Both the position numbers and the translations under genes were made by a program. From Octopus bimaculoides (taxonomy: Eukaryota), in NCBI RefSeq assembly GCF_001194135.2, contig NC_068982.1:191959429-191998726 (forward strand): a DNA stretch of 39,298 bases, given 5' to 3'. Each line of letters opens with the position of its first letter. Position 1 is the stretch's first letter. The notes under the pieces were generated by a model. The model had not been told where the DNA came from and did no database searches. It worked only from the letters and a program-made list of their open reading frames with translations. Positions 10,607 through 21,363 of this stretch are shown piece after piece.

Positions 10607-11391
10607 CATCATCATCATCATCATCAACATCATCGTTTAACGTCCGTTTTCCATGCTGGCATGGGTTGGACGGTTCGACTGGGACTAGCAAGCCAGGGGG
10701 CTGCACCAGGCTCCAATCTGATCTGGCAATGTTTCTACAGCTGGATGCCCTTCCTAACGCCAACCACACCGAGAGTGTAGTGGGTGCGTTTTACGTGTCA
10801 CTGGCACAGGAGAAAGTCAGGCGGCACTGTCATCGGCCACGTTCGGATGGGGCTTTTTATGAGCCACCGGCACAGGGTGCCAGTCAGGTGGAACTGGCAA
10901 TGACCCACACATAAATGGTGCTTATTGTATGTCACCAGCATTGGGAGCCAATCAGACGGCACTGGCATCGGCCACAACTACAATTTCCATTTGATTGTGA
11001 TTTGATTTGATTTGATTTTGATTTACTTTACTCAATAGGTCTCCACAAGCATGGCATGTCAACCAATGATTCAAAGGTACTTTTCAAATGGGCTGGTTAT
11101 GCGACACTGGTGTAAGCTACGGCTGTGATCTTACTTTACTTGCCGGGTCTTCTCAATCACAGCAGATCTCCAGAGGTCTCGGTCTTTCGTCATTGCCTCT
11201 GTGAGGCCCAGCGTTTGAAGGTCATGCTTCACCACCTCATCCCATGTCTTCCTGGGTCTTCCTCTTCCACAGGTTCCTTCTACTGTTAGGGAATGACACT
11301 TCTTCACACTGCTCTCCTCATCCATACGCAACACATGACCATACCAGCACAGTCTTCTCTCTTGCACACCACATCTGATGCTTCATAGGTC
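10607..11391 (-). mobile_element. RTE LINE 3' part, interrupted by a Gypsy insertion (continues at 14538-14790)
   Basis: QERRLCWYGHVLRMDEESSVKKC..GRGRPRKTWDEVVKHDLQTLGLTEAMTKDRDLWRSAVIEKTRQVK*, then tandem units and a (GAT)n tail. Confidence 0.92.
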
Positions 11392-11790
11392 TGTAGTGGC
11401 GCATGTGGCCACCATTGACCGCCATCTTGGGAAGTGCCATTGCGCATGTGCAAGGGACTTGCCGTCAGCGGAAGTACCCGAGCATGCATGCGCAATGCAA
11501 CAGGTGGAGAGAGAGCAATAGCGTTCGATCTCTTATCCATCCAGCAGCTGTCGTGACAAGACGTTCTTCCAGCTGTCTCAACTCGACCCCAACATGTGGT
11601 CGAAGCTCCCTTTGGTATTCTAGCGGCATGCCTGTTCACACAGGAACGAAACGGCTCTACACCAACCTAGAATAAATTGTTGATCTGTTGTTACCGTTAT
11701 CCCTCGTGTTGTTGTTTTTCTGGATTTCAATGATTAATATAAGAACTGGGGAGAGATGGCCGAGCCATCATATCTCATCCAATTCTTATA
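11392..11790 (+). repeat. 5' LTR (TGTAG...TTATA)
   Basis: Direct repeat of 14148-14537. AATAAA at ~11671. Confidence 0.92.
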
Positions 11791-11792
11791 AC

Positions 11793-11811
11793 TGGTGACC
11801 CTCGACGTGAT
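11793..11811 (+). other. Primer-binding site complementary to the tRNA-Trp 3' end
   Basis: TGGTGACCCTCGACGTGAT versus TGGTGACCCCGACGTGAT, the complement of eukaryotic tRNA-Trp ...ATCACGTCGGGGTCACCA. It has one inserted base and lies 2 nt after the LTR. Confidence 0.85.
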
Positions 11812-13432
11812 CTATCTCATCCAATTCTTATAACTGGTGACCCCTAGTACAGAATACGGAATCTCTCACACAACTTGTCAAAAATGAAGAGACGACGAAA
11901 AAAAAAACAGCACAAGAGACGAAGGAATGAAACAACCAACTGCAACAGTTTTCTTACCCCGGAGAAAAATACCATACAGCCTGGAAACTGAACCATCAAC
12001 TACTATGACACGAGCCGTCGCTTATTTCTCTCACCCACGTGTTTTCTTTCAACACCAACTGAGGCCGAGAAAAGAACAAACAAGTGAACAATAATTTTTC
12101 TTTTCGCCTGACTCCATATGGTTTGAAAAACGAAAAAAAACCCCCAAAAAACAACGTTGCTTCTATCTATTGTCTTACAGGACAACACAAAGGAAAACAA
12201 AAAACAAATACTACACACACGCACATACGTAAAAAAAGTTTTTGCCTGTATTGTTTTTTTTCTTGCAGCAACGACGTAAGGTTGGTCAACAATATCTTTT
12301 TCTACAGACAGTACAAAGCAACACCTTCTGAGGTCTAGCCGCTGGCCACAGAGCACACAGCCAGTTCCAGCGACGACCTCCATCTTCATCACCTCCAGCT
12401 TCTTAGGGTCAACACCAACTTCTTGCTACGTACACAGCAACCAACAGCACTCGCACAGGTTCTATCTCAACACTGTTTGTGAATTATTTCACCATGGTTA
12501 ACAGTGAATACAAGCTGCGAGAACTCCTGTACCAAGTAACTGGCAGCAGCATTGAAGCCACAACCTCTCACAACATGTGCCTCTCCTCTGGCTCTGTTAC
12601 GCAGCCTCGACTTCTTGTTACAGCACCTTAACTACGAACTGGTATTTACTATCCTTGTGTCTGGACTTTCTTCTAACGCCCTTATAGACTCTTTTCTATG
12701 CCCTGTATTACTTGCACACACATGCATCCATGTTTGTATACACATACACTTTGTTTACATGACGGCCTGCCTATTATTGTGTTTATATGTCACACTCACA
12801 CAAACAGAAAAAAAAGCAAAAGCAAACACCATTGGTTTTTGTTTTTACGAACATTTTTTTCTCTCTCTCTCTCTCCCATGCACACATGGTTCCACTACCT
12901 TTTCTAAGATTGATCTAGTTCGCGCTTATCACCAGATTCCACCATTTATTGCAACTTTTTCAGCGATCCTGCGCATATAATGTGCACACTGTTTTCTAAA
13001 ACAGACAAACTCTCTCCTCGTGCTTTCAGTCACCTGGACTATATTTCACAGTCATTTGCCAGGGAAGCAGAACATCCTTGTTGATGCTCTCACGAGACTC
13101 CCTGTCAGTTCTATTTCCTCTCCAGCAACAATTGATTTACTTGTTATTTCGCAGGACCAACCTCGTTTGTCGACGTTAGATTTAACTTCGCCAAAGGTTC
13201 AACAATTGTAAATTTGCCTATCTTCCACTCCCTTCATCGAAGGCATCGTATACGCACCACCAGCTACCATCCCGCTTCTAATGGGATGGTTGAGCGATTT
13301 CATAGGCAACTTAAGGCTGCCTTACGCGCCTCGCCCAACCCGCACCCTTTCGTGTGCTTTCTCGCACTCCAAAGTTCTTCAAGGTCGACACTAATGGTCG
13401 TACAGAGATTGTGTCTGTCGACCGTCTGAAAA

Positions 13433-13808
13433 NNNNNNNNNNNNNNNNNNNNNNNNNNNNNNNNNNNNNNNNNNNNNNNNNNNNNNNNNNNNNNNNNNNN
13501 NNNNNNNNNNNNNNNNNNNNNNNNNNNNNNNNNNNNNNNNNNNNNNNNNNNNNNNNNNNNNNNNNNNNNNNNNNNNNNNNNNNNNNNNNNNNNNNNNNNN
13601 NNNNNNNNNNNNNNNNNNNNNNNNNNNNNNNNNNNNNNNNNNNNNNNNNNNNNNNNNNNNNNNNNNNNNNNNNNNNNNNNNNNNNNNNNNNNNNNNNNNN
13701 NNNNNNNNNNNNNNNNNNNNNNNNNNNNNNNNNNNNNNNNNNNNNNNNNNNNNNNNNNNNNNNNNNNNNNNNNNNNNNNNNNNNNNNNNNNNNNNNNNNN
13801 NNNNNNNN
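13433..13808. other. Assembly gap (others at 29413-29804, 33582-33591, 35921-35987, 36804-37168, 38048-38147)
   Basis: Runs of N. Confidence 0.99.
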
Positions 13809-14147
13809 GTTCCAACCTTTGCATACACATTTGCTCACGCCAACACCTTCGTTGCAACTTTCTTTCACACAGACACTTTATCTCTAGGTCTGGCTGAACT
13901 TTTCATGTTGAACAGAACTTTTTTCTAACTGACATCTTGTCGGATGCAAAAGTTTTGCTTCCATTGTTGCATCCGACACAGCATTGTTCTGCAAATTTAT
14001 CGAGCTTGTCATTCTTTGTTTTAACAAAACAATTTTTGTTTTTTCATTGTATAATTTTAGCCATGTTTTCTGGGTTCGGCGGCCATCTTGTTTCCGCGCC
14101 CTCTACAATCTTTCCTTGTTTTGTGCTATGCACTCAGGGGGAGACAT

Positions 14148-14537
14148 TGTAGTGGCACATGTGGCTGCCATTGGCCACCATCTTGGGAAGTGCCATTGCG
14201 CATGTGCAAGGGACTTGCCGTCAGCGGAAGTACCCGAGCACGCATGCGCAAGGCAACAGGTGGAGAGAGAGAGATAGCATTTGATCTCTTCTCTCTCTAG
14301 CAGCGGTGGTGACAACACGTATCTCTCAACTCGATACCGACGTGTGGTCGAAGCTCCCTTGGTATTCTAGCGGCATGCATGTTCACCCAGGAACGAAACG
14401 GCTCTACACCAACCTAGAATAAATTATCGATCTGTTGTTACCGTTATCCTTCGTGTTGTTGTTTTTCTGGATTTCAATGATTAATATAAGAACTGGGGAG
14501 AGATGGCCGAGCCATCATATCTCATCCAATTCTTATA
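14148..14537 (+). repeat. 3' LTR, preceded by PPT AGGGGGAGA (14136-14144)
   Basis: Direct repeat of 11392-11790 with the purine tract immediately upstream. Confidence 0.92.
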
Positions 14538-14790
14538 GCTCCAACTTTTCTCTCAGGGCGCTTACACTCTGTCGTACACACACACTGACATTACACATCC
14601 AGTGGATCATACCAGCATCATTTCTTTCAAGCCTGTGCATGTCTTCAGCACTCACGGCCCATGTTTCACTGCCATGTAGCTTGGCAGTTTGCACTCATGC
14701 ATCATACAATTTACCTTTCACTCTGAGCGAGAGGCCCTTTGTCACCAGTAGAAGTAGGAGCTTTCTGAACTTTGCCCAGACTATTCTTAT
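14538..14790 (-). mobile_element. RTE LINE upstream part (left by the Gypsy insertion)
   Basis: CAACTTTTCTCTCAGGGCGCTTACACTCTG... matches the RTE copy at ~15260-15480 and joins 11391 without loss. Confidence 0.88.
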
Positions 14791-15032
14791 TTATGGTGCA
14801 TTTTAGAAAAAGAAGTAAGGAATCGATATCCTCCACCATCATCACTACAAGAATTGGAGACTGTTTTAGCTGAAAAATGGACGAAAATTCCTTTGGAAAC
14901 AATTTAAACTTTGTACGAATTCATACCTCATAGAATTCAAGCTGTAATTACTGCCAAAGGCAGTCCTACCCCAAATTAAAATAAATTTGTTTGAAATTTA
15001 AAGGTGTTTCCATTATTTTGTCCAACCCCTAT
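14791..15032 (+). mobile_element. Tc1-like transposase C-terminus and right TIR
   Basis: LWCILEKEVRNRYPPPSSLQELETVLAEKWTKIP..TLYEFIPHRIQAVITAKGSPT, followed by GGTGTTTCCATTATTTTGTCCAACCCCT-ATA. Confidence 0.85.
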
Positions 15033-16265
15033 ATCTCCAAAGGTCCTGGTCTCCTGTTATTGCCTCTGTGAGGCCCAAAGTTCTAAGGTCATGCTACACC
15101 ACCTCATCCCATGTCTTTCTGAGTCTACTTCTTCCACAATTTCTTTCTACAGTTAGGGAGTGGCACTTCCTCACACAGCTGTCCTCATCCATATGTAACA
15201 CATGACCATACCAGTGCAGTCGTTTCTCTTGCACACCATATTTGATGCTTCTTATGCCCAACTTTTCTCTCGGGGCACTTACACTCTGACATTACACATC
15301 CAGCGGATCATTCTAGCATCATTTCTTTCCAGCCTATGCATGTCCTCAGTGTTCATAGCAGTGTAGCATGGCAGTTCACACCCATGCATCATACAGTCTA
15401 CCGTTCATCCTGAGCAAGAGACCCTCAGTTGCTAGCAGAGGTAGGAATTCCCTGAACTTTGTCCAGGCTATTCTTACTCTAGTCGCTACACTCTCAGTGC
15501 AACCCCACCCCACTACAGACTTGGTCGCCTAGGTAACAGAAGCTATCAACTACTTCTAGTTTCTCCCCTGGCATGTGATGGAATTAGTTTTCTGTACATC
15601 TTCAGTGTTTATTGAACCTGTGCATCTGCCACACACAAAAATTATCTTCCCGGTTAACCTTCCTTTGATATTGCTGCATCTTTTATGTGTCCATAGCTTA
15701 CACCGGGTACATCTACCCACGTCTTTTCTACAGACTGAGCAGGGCCATCTACCTGAAGGGGTGTGTGATTTGACAGCCTTCCTACTTACTAAGACTTTGG
15801 TTTTTGCTAGGTTAACCCTAAGGCTCTTCAATTTTAGACCTTGCATCCACACCCTAAACTTCGTCTCCAGTTCTGGTAATGACTCGGCTATTAGAGCAAG
15901 GTCATCAGCATAGAGGAGCTCCCAGGGGCAGCGTGTCTAGAATTCCTCCGTTATTGCCTGGAGGACTATAATAAATGAGAGGGGGCTGAGTACTGATCCT
16001 TGGTGGACCCCTACTTCTACTCGGAATTCTTCACTATACTCATTGTCAACCCTCACCTTACTGACAGCATTCCTGTACAGGGCTTGTACAGCTCTTATTA
16101 GCCACTTGTCTATCCCCAGTTTCTGCATTGATCACCAGATAAGGGATCAGGGCACCCTGTTAAAGGCTTTCTCCAAGTCAACAAAAGCCAGGTACAGAGG
16201 TTTATCTTTGGCTAGGTATTTCTCCTGCAGCTGCCTTACCAGAAATATGCATCTCATCTAAGCTC
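15033..16265 (-). mobile_element. RTE LINE reverse transcriptase region (decayed) with a PHD-like zinc finger
   Basis: LAFVDLEKAFNRVP, GVHQGSVLSPLSFIIVL, ELLYADDLALIAES and VNLAKTKVL, then CSVC..CTRCKLWTHKRC..CGRC, then FCYLGD and the C-terminus. Confidence 0.93.
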
Positions 16266-16289
16266 ACTCTGGGCTGAGTGTTTTTTATG

Positions 16290-16620
16290 TGGCACTCACA
16301 CAAGCGAGGTCAGTTTTGGTGTGGTATTTACAGTTGGATGCCCTTCCAAATGTCAACCACTTTATAGTGTGGACTGAATGCTTTTTAAGTGGCACCTGGA
16401 CCGGCAAGGAATCTTTGAGAAGGAAGGGAGCATTGGAGGAGGTGATCTTGTGTCAGATGATGAAAGGTTAGAGTGTGACAGAGAGACAGAAACAGACGTC
16501 TTGCTAAAGAGGAGGTACATGGTTATCTAGAGAGAGGGAGAGAGAGAGAGAGTTAACAAGAAAGAGGTGTGTTGCTGTAAAGGAGATGCATGGTTACCCA
16601 GCCAGAGGTAAGAGCAAGAG
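16290..16620 (-). repeat. RTE-related repeat sharing the GGATGCCCTTCC core (similar piece at 23571-23775)
   Basis: GGATGCCCTTCC..AACCACTTTA.AGTGTGGACTG..GAGGTGATCTT..GATGA..AAGGTTA..GTCTTGCT..AGAGGA.GTACA occurs in both places. Confidence 0.6.
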
Positions 16621-17428
16621 AAGGAGGGAGAGAGAGTGATGAAGAATGAAGGCAGAAACAGGTTTCTATGTTGTACACACACACACACACACACACAACA
16701 TATGTATGTATTGGAGGGGTGTATATATGTATGTATATAGATTTTGAAAAAAATGACGTGATGTCTTCTCAATAGAATTTGTCAAAGAGTCTGCATATGA
16801 GGAGAAAGTTTGTTGGATAGGAAGGGCTCATTTTTGGCCAGTTCAGTCACTACCTATGGCGGTTGACTGAATGGTTAATACCATTATAGAAAGGAAGGAG
16901 TGTATGCGGAGGCGGTTATCTAGATAAGAAAATGTTTGTGAAAAATATGTTGGGGAGTCTTGTCTAAAGAATTGTACACAGGTATTTTAATTTGTGGGGG
17001 TCAGTAGAATTATATTCACAGAATCAGTTTCTTAGATGCTCAACTGAGTTGTAGGTTAAATGCTTGCACACCTTCCCGTCATTTCTTTCTACTAAAACAA
17101 CTAAAAATGTAATCTCATCCTAAATTCTTCATAAGTTTTGTTTTCCCATTCATTAAACTGAGATCCTCCCATCAACCTCTACACCTAATTAACAACATCA
17201 TTTCTGATTTAATTATTTCATTGCTTAATAATCATTAACAATGTTATCCTTGATTAAGTTCTTTCATAAATATTGATCCATCAGCTCCAAGAATCCCAAG
17301 AATTCTTCTTAATTCAGTGCTTCGTTAATTATTACCTTTACAACCTATTCATTCCTTTAAAACTTCCACCTTCTAAACTATAATTCCGTCAGTACAATTC
17401 TTCCCTCATAACCCCCAACCCAGTCAGA

Positions 17429-17443
17429 TTACACTCTCTCTCT

Positions 17444-17527
<84 letters not shown>
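17429..17527. repeat. (CT)n microsatellite
   Basis: Direct inspection. Confidence 0.97.
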
Positions 17528-17532
<5 letters not shown>

Positions 17533-17699
17533 CACTTCCATCTCTCCCTACCTTACACACTCCTTTCTCTTCCACGTAAATTGAACAGCCCCCTGACGAG
17601 CCCTTTGCTCTTCCTATCAAAACCCTTCCCTATCAGATATAAACATTGAAATTTCTCTTAATTTAACAAATCTTTGACAAACTCTATAGAGTTTATTGT

Positions 17700-17870
17700 T
17701 GGTGCTACATAAAAAGCACCCAGTACACTCTGTAAAATACTTGTTGTTAGGAAGGGTGTCCACCAGCCATAGAAACCATGCCAAAACAGACAACTGGAGT
17801 CTGGTGCAGCCCTTCAGCTTGCCAGCTTCTGTCCAACCCATGCCAGCATGGAAAATAGATCTTAAATGAT
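17700..17870 (+). mobile_element. Diverged RTE/SINE 3'-tail copy
   Basis: AAAAAGCACCCAGTACACTCTG..GTTAGGAAGGG..TAGAAACCATGCC..GTCCAACCCATGCCAGCATGGAAAA. Confidence 0.75.
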
Positions 17871-18301
17871 AACTACATATACAAGATATTTTCATTATAT
17901 TTGTGATTAAAACATTTAATATAAATGGCATACATATAAATTTGTAAAATGGTGAGAGATTCATTATTTTTGTCAGCCCTGATGCATCACCACCACAACC
18001 ACCACCACCACCACCACCACCACCACCATTTGCAGCTGACATTATGGTCCTTCTGCCCCTTGTTTTAAGATTCTTTATTGACAATGATAAGACAGCTTTG
18101 ATTAATGTGTGTCAGTGAAGTGTTTATCTCCATCACCTAATCAGACCAGATATAACGAGGTCAACAAACTCACTGGGCTGAACAGCTGTAAATAATGATA
18201 ATGCAGATGGTTAATGAGTGAACCTCTATGTGGTTGAATAACATGCTAGAAATAGCAGCAAACTCTTTCTAAACGTTGAGATTATATATTGAACAGTGTT
18301 T

Positions 18302-18480
18302 ATCATCAGCATCGTTTAACGTCCGCTTTCCATGCTAGCATGGGTTGGACGATTTGACTGAGGACTGGTGAACCAGATGGCTGCATCTGGCAGTGTTTCT
18401 ACAGCTGGATGCCCTTCCTAATGCCAACCACTCCGAGAGTGTCGTGGGTGCTTTTACGTGCCACTGGCAGGAGGGCCAGA
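18302..18480 (-). mobile_element. RTE/SINE 3'-tail copy
   Basis: CATCGTTTAACGTCCGCTTTCCATGCTAGCATGGGTTGG..GGATGCCCTTCCTAATGCCAACCACTCCGAG. Confidence 0.85.
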
Positions 18481-18489
18481 TTAAACTGA

Positions 18490-18995
18490 TATTAAAAAAA
18501 AGATGTGGTCATGGCTGGAAGAGATTTTGACCAAAGATCTGTTCAGTCAGGATTGAGCTGAAGACCAACGACAACAGGTAAAAGGTACATTTGGTAAGTG
18601 TAGTCATTGGTAGACGAGGCCTGGAAAAAAAACCTAAATAGAATGAACACTAGCTAGAATGACTTTGATCATAAGTCTATTGAATGAGATGTGACCCAGT
18701 GCTAAGAACAACAACAGCAACAACATTGTTGAGACACTATCAAGAAAGCCTTTACACTGTCAGGTGACATGTTAGAAAGAACAGCTGTGTTTCCCTCAAA
18801 TCAAACTCTGCAATGTCAAATAAAAGGAAGGTGACATTTGTCTGATCAGACCATGTCTAACAAGACGGATCAATATGGTTGCAACAATTTAGATCAAATA
18901 GGTTGACCTAGGGTTAAACAACATGACCATAACTGGAATGTTTTTGCTCAAACAGGTTGTGCAGGAGTTAAATACAAACAACAACAGCAATATAA
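18490..18995 (+). repeat. Head-to-tail stack of about four SINE-like 3' ends with (AAC)n tails
   Basis: A repeated module (GGTCATGGCTGGAA / GCTAGAATGACTTTGATCATAAG / CATAACTGGAATG) ends each time in AACAAC, near 18575, 18720, 18925 and 18985. Confidence 0.5.
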
Positions 18996-19043
18996 TTGAG
19001 TAAGATGCACATAACCAAGGCAACAAGCTTATGCTCCAATACA

Positions 19044-19955
19044 CAGGGTGTTTCAAAAGTCTATGTCACATTCCAAGAACTCTTCTTTCATGCTAGCATG
19101 ACTGAACTGGTACCATTTAAAAGCTAAAAGTATCAAGTTTTCTTCTGTTAATTTAATTTTGATTTAATTTTGTCTCTTTTCAGATCCAGTAATGTCATTC
19201 ACAAAACAAGAAAAGTCATTTTGCATCCTAGAAAAGGAGGGGTGTTTGAATCATGGACATGTGTTCAATGCAAATTTCATTCAATGTTTACCAAGCAGGC
19301 ACCAGACAAATGTTCTATTTTGAATTGGCATGCAAAATTTAAGGAGGTGGGGTGTTTGTGCCTGGCAAAGAGAACAGGACGCCCCTCAACTTCAAATGAT
19401 ATGGTTGAACAAGTTTGGCAAGCCTTTCCGGCACAGCCCCCAGAAATCAGTCAGAATAACCAGTTGAGAACTCCAGCTCCCATCAACAACTGTTTGGTGC
19501 ATCTGAAGGAGACGGCTGCAGTTTACACCATACAAGCTGCAATTGGTTCAACAGTTGAAGGACTCTGATAGACCTATTCACCATGAATTTTGCACAGGGC
19601 GCCCTGTTCTCTTTGTCAGGCACAAACACCCCTCCTCCTTAAATTTTGCGTGCCAATTCAAAATGGAATGTCTGTCTGATGCCTGCTTGGTGAACGTTGG
19701 ATGAAATTTGCTTTGAACATGTGTCCATGATTCAGTTTTAGCCTTTTCTAGGATGCAAAATGATTTCTCTTGTTTTGTGAATGACATTACTGGATCTGAA
19801 AAGAGACAGAAACCAAAATTAGATTAAATTTGATTAATTAAATTAAAATTAAATTTGCAGAAGAAAACTTGACACCTTTTAGCTTTTAAACGACACCAGT
19901 TCAATAATGCTACCATTTGTAGTTCATGATATAAGCGTTCTTAGAATGTGACCTG
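19044..19955. mobile_element. Foldback Tc1/mariner derivative (DUF4817-HTH, rosa/DD41D-like) with inverted duplicated 5' end
   Basis: The left copy starts CAGGGTGTTTCAAAAG and runs through MSFTKQEKSFCIL..GRP..FTPYKLQLVQQLKDSDR to ~19596. The right copy (19598-19955, minus) repeats the first ~340 bp and ends CCTG-TA. Confidence 0.85.
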
Positions 19956-21087
19956 TATAACTGGTACTTATGGATCTTGAAAGGATGAAGGAAATAGTCA
20001 GACTGCCAGGAAGTTATGCAACTGATTAGTGCACATCGTTTAGTTAGGTGCTCTACCGCTTCTACACTTCATCACCTTTCTCAGTCTTAGCAGAGCTGGG
20101 TTTCACTATGCCTTTCAAATTCTAGTCACCTTCTGAGGTCAATTTAATCAATTGATCTCTTCCCATAAATTGAAGGTTACTAATACAAACCAAAATTAAA
20201 TCAATTAGCTCCTTGTCATTCCAACTGTGAACATCTCTCCTATTTTTTTTTTATAAACAAGACTAAATTATCTAAGAAGCCACTTACTTTTTAAAGAAGT
20301 AATCTGTGACTTGAGGGGGAAATTGGCTGTTATTTCTAGCTGGTCATGTAACTGAAGAGGTTCCCTTATTGGTTTCAATATAAGTCAGATTGAAGGGATC
20401 AAATAAGACCCAAACATGTCCTGAGTTGTCTCCATTCTTATTAGATATTACACTTACTCCCCCATTCCATTTAACCATAAATGAATTTAAGGTCTACTGT
20501 TCCATTCCTTTGTCCCTCTCCACAAAAAACTGTCATTAACACAAAAGACATTTCCTCCCTTGACAACACTAGTTATAATAATTGATTAAAAATTCTGTTT
20601 TGTTTTCTAACTAAAGTTTATTAACCTGTACTTAATTGTTCTTATGTAAGTAGTCATGTGACATTGATAAAGCACAGTTCTCTGCTCTTGGTGGGACTGC
20701 TTGAGTCAAAGTGCATCAGTCAAGTGCCCTTATCTGCTCCATCAGACCACAAACAAAAAAGCCCCAAAAAGTGTGTTGATACACTATCTTGACAGTCTGA
20801 GTGACATGTGCTCTTATATGTCACAATGTGATAGACATGTGTAAACTTATATACATACATCATCATCATTTAACGTTTTCCATGGCGACATGAGTTATAT
20901 ATATATATATATATACACAGATACACATATATATACACACATGTACACATACACACACACATATATATGTATCTATCTATCTATATATATCTATATATAT
21001 ATAAATAAATAAGGATAAGATCGGTATTTAAAATATTGATCTTATCAAGTGGTCAGCATGGGAATAAAACCCATCAAAGGTAATAAT

Positions 21088-21297
21088 TATTTAAAATTAT
21101 AATACAGGGTATCAAGGGATACCACCACGCTGAAAAAATAGCAGTCAAATCCTGACTCCAAAACCACAATAAATGTCCGCAAGGCACGATTAGCGAAGAC
21201 GAAGACCAAAATTTATTGTGGTTTTGGAGTCAGGATTTGACTGCTATTTTTTCAGCGTGGTGGTATCTCTTGATACCCTGTATTATAATTTTAAATA
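21088..21297. repeat. Near-perfect inverted repeat: 87-bp arms, 36-nt loop
   Basis: 21088-21174 is the reverse complement of 21211-21297 except at one position. (TA)n tracts flank the region. Confidence 0.95.
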
Positions 21298-21307
21298 TAT
21301 CTATCTA

Positions 21308-21363
<56 letters not shown>

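Larger units (their letters stand above)
11392..14537 (+). mobile_element. Internally deleted Ty3/Gypsy element with both LTRs, PBS and PPT
   Basis: LTRs at 11392-11790 and 14148-14537. Pol remnants are FSKIDLVRAYHQIP (RT), HLPGKQNILVDALTR (RNase H end), RTTSYHPASNGMVERFHRQLKAAL (integrase) and VSVDRLK. Probable 4-bp TSD GGTC/GCTC. The flanking RTE sequence is continuous across the insertion. Confidence 0.92.

Noticed and set aside
11793-11811. tRNA gene
   Set aside because: Only the 18-nt complement of a tRNA 3' end is present (a PBS). There is no cloverleaf.
13300-13887. Long ORFs spanning N-gaps (also 29083-30000, 36626-37240, 37937-38315)
   Set aside because: They are artefacts of translating through runs of N.
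16838-16875. Short hairpin TTCAGTCA...TGACTGAA as a pre-miRNA
   Set aside because: Too short (about 40 nt), with no recognisable mature sequence.
17585-17640. CTGACGAG as a hammerhead core after a pyrimidine-rich, PLE-like tract
   Set aside because: There is no downstream GAAA or pairing stems.
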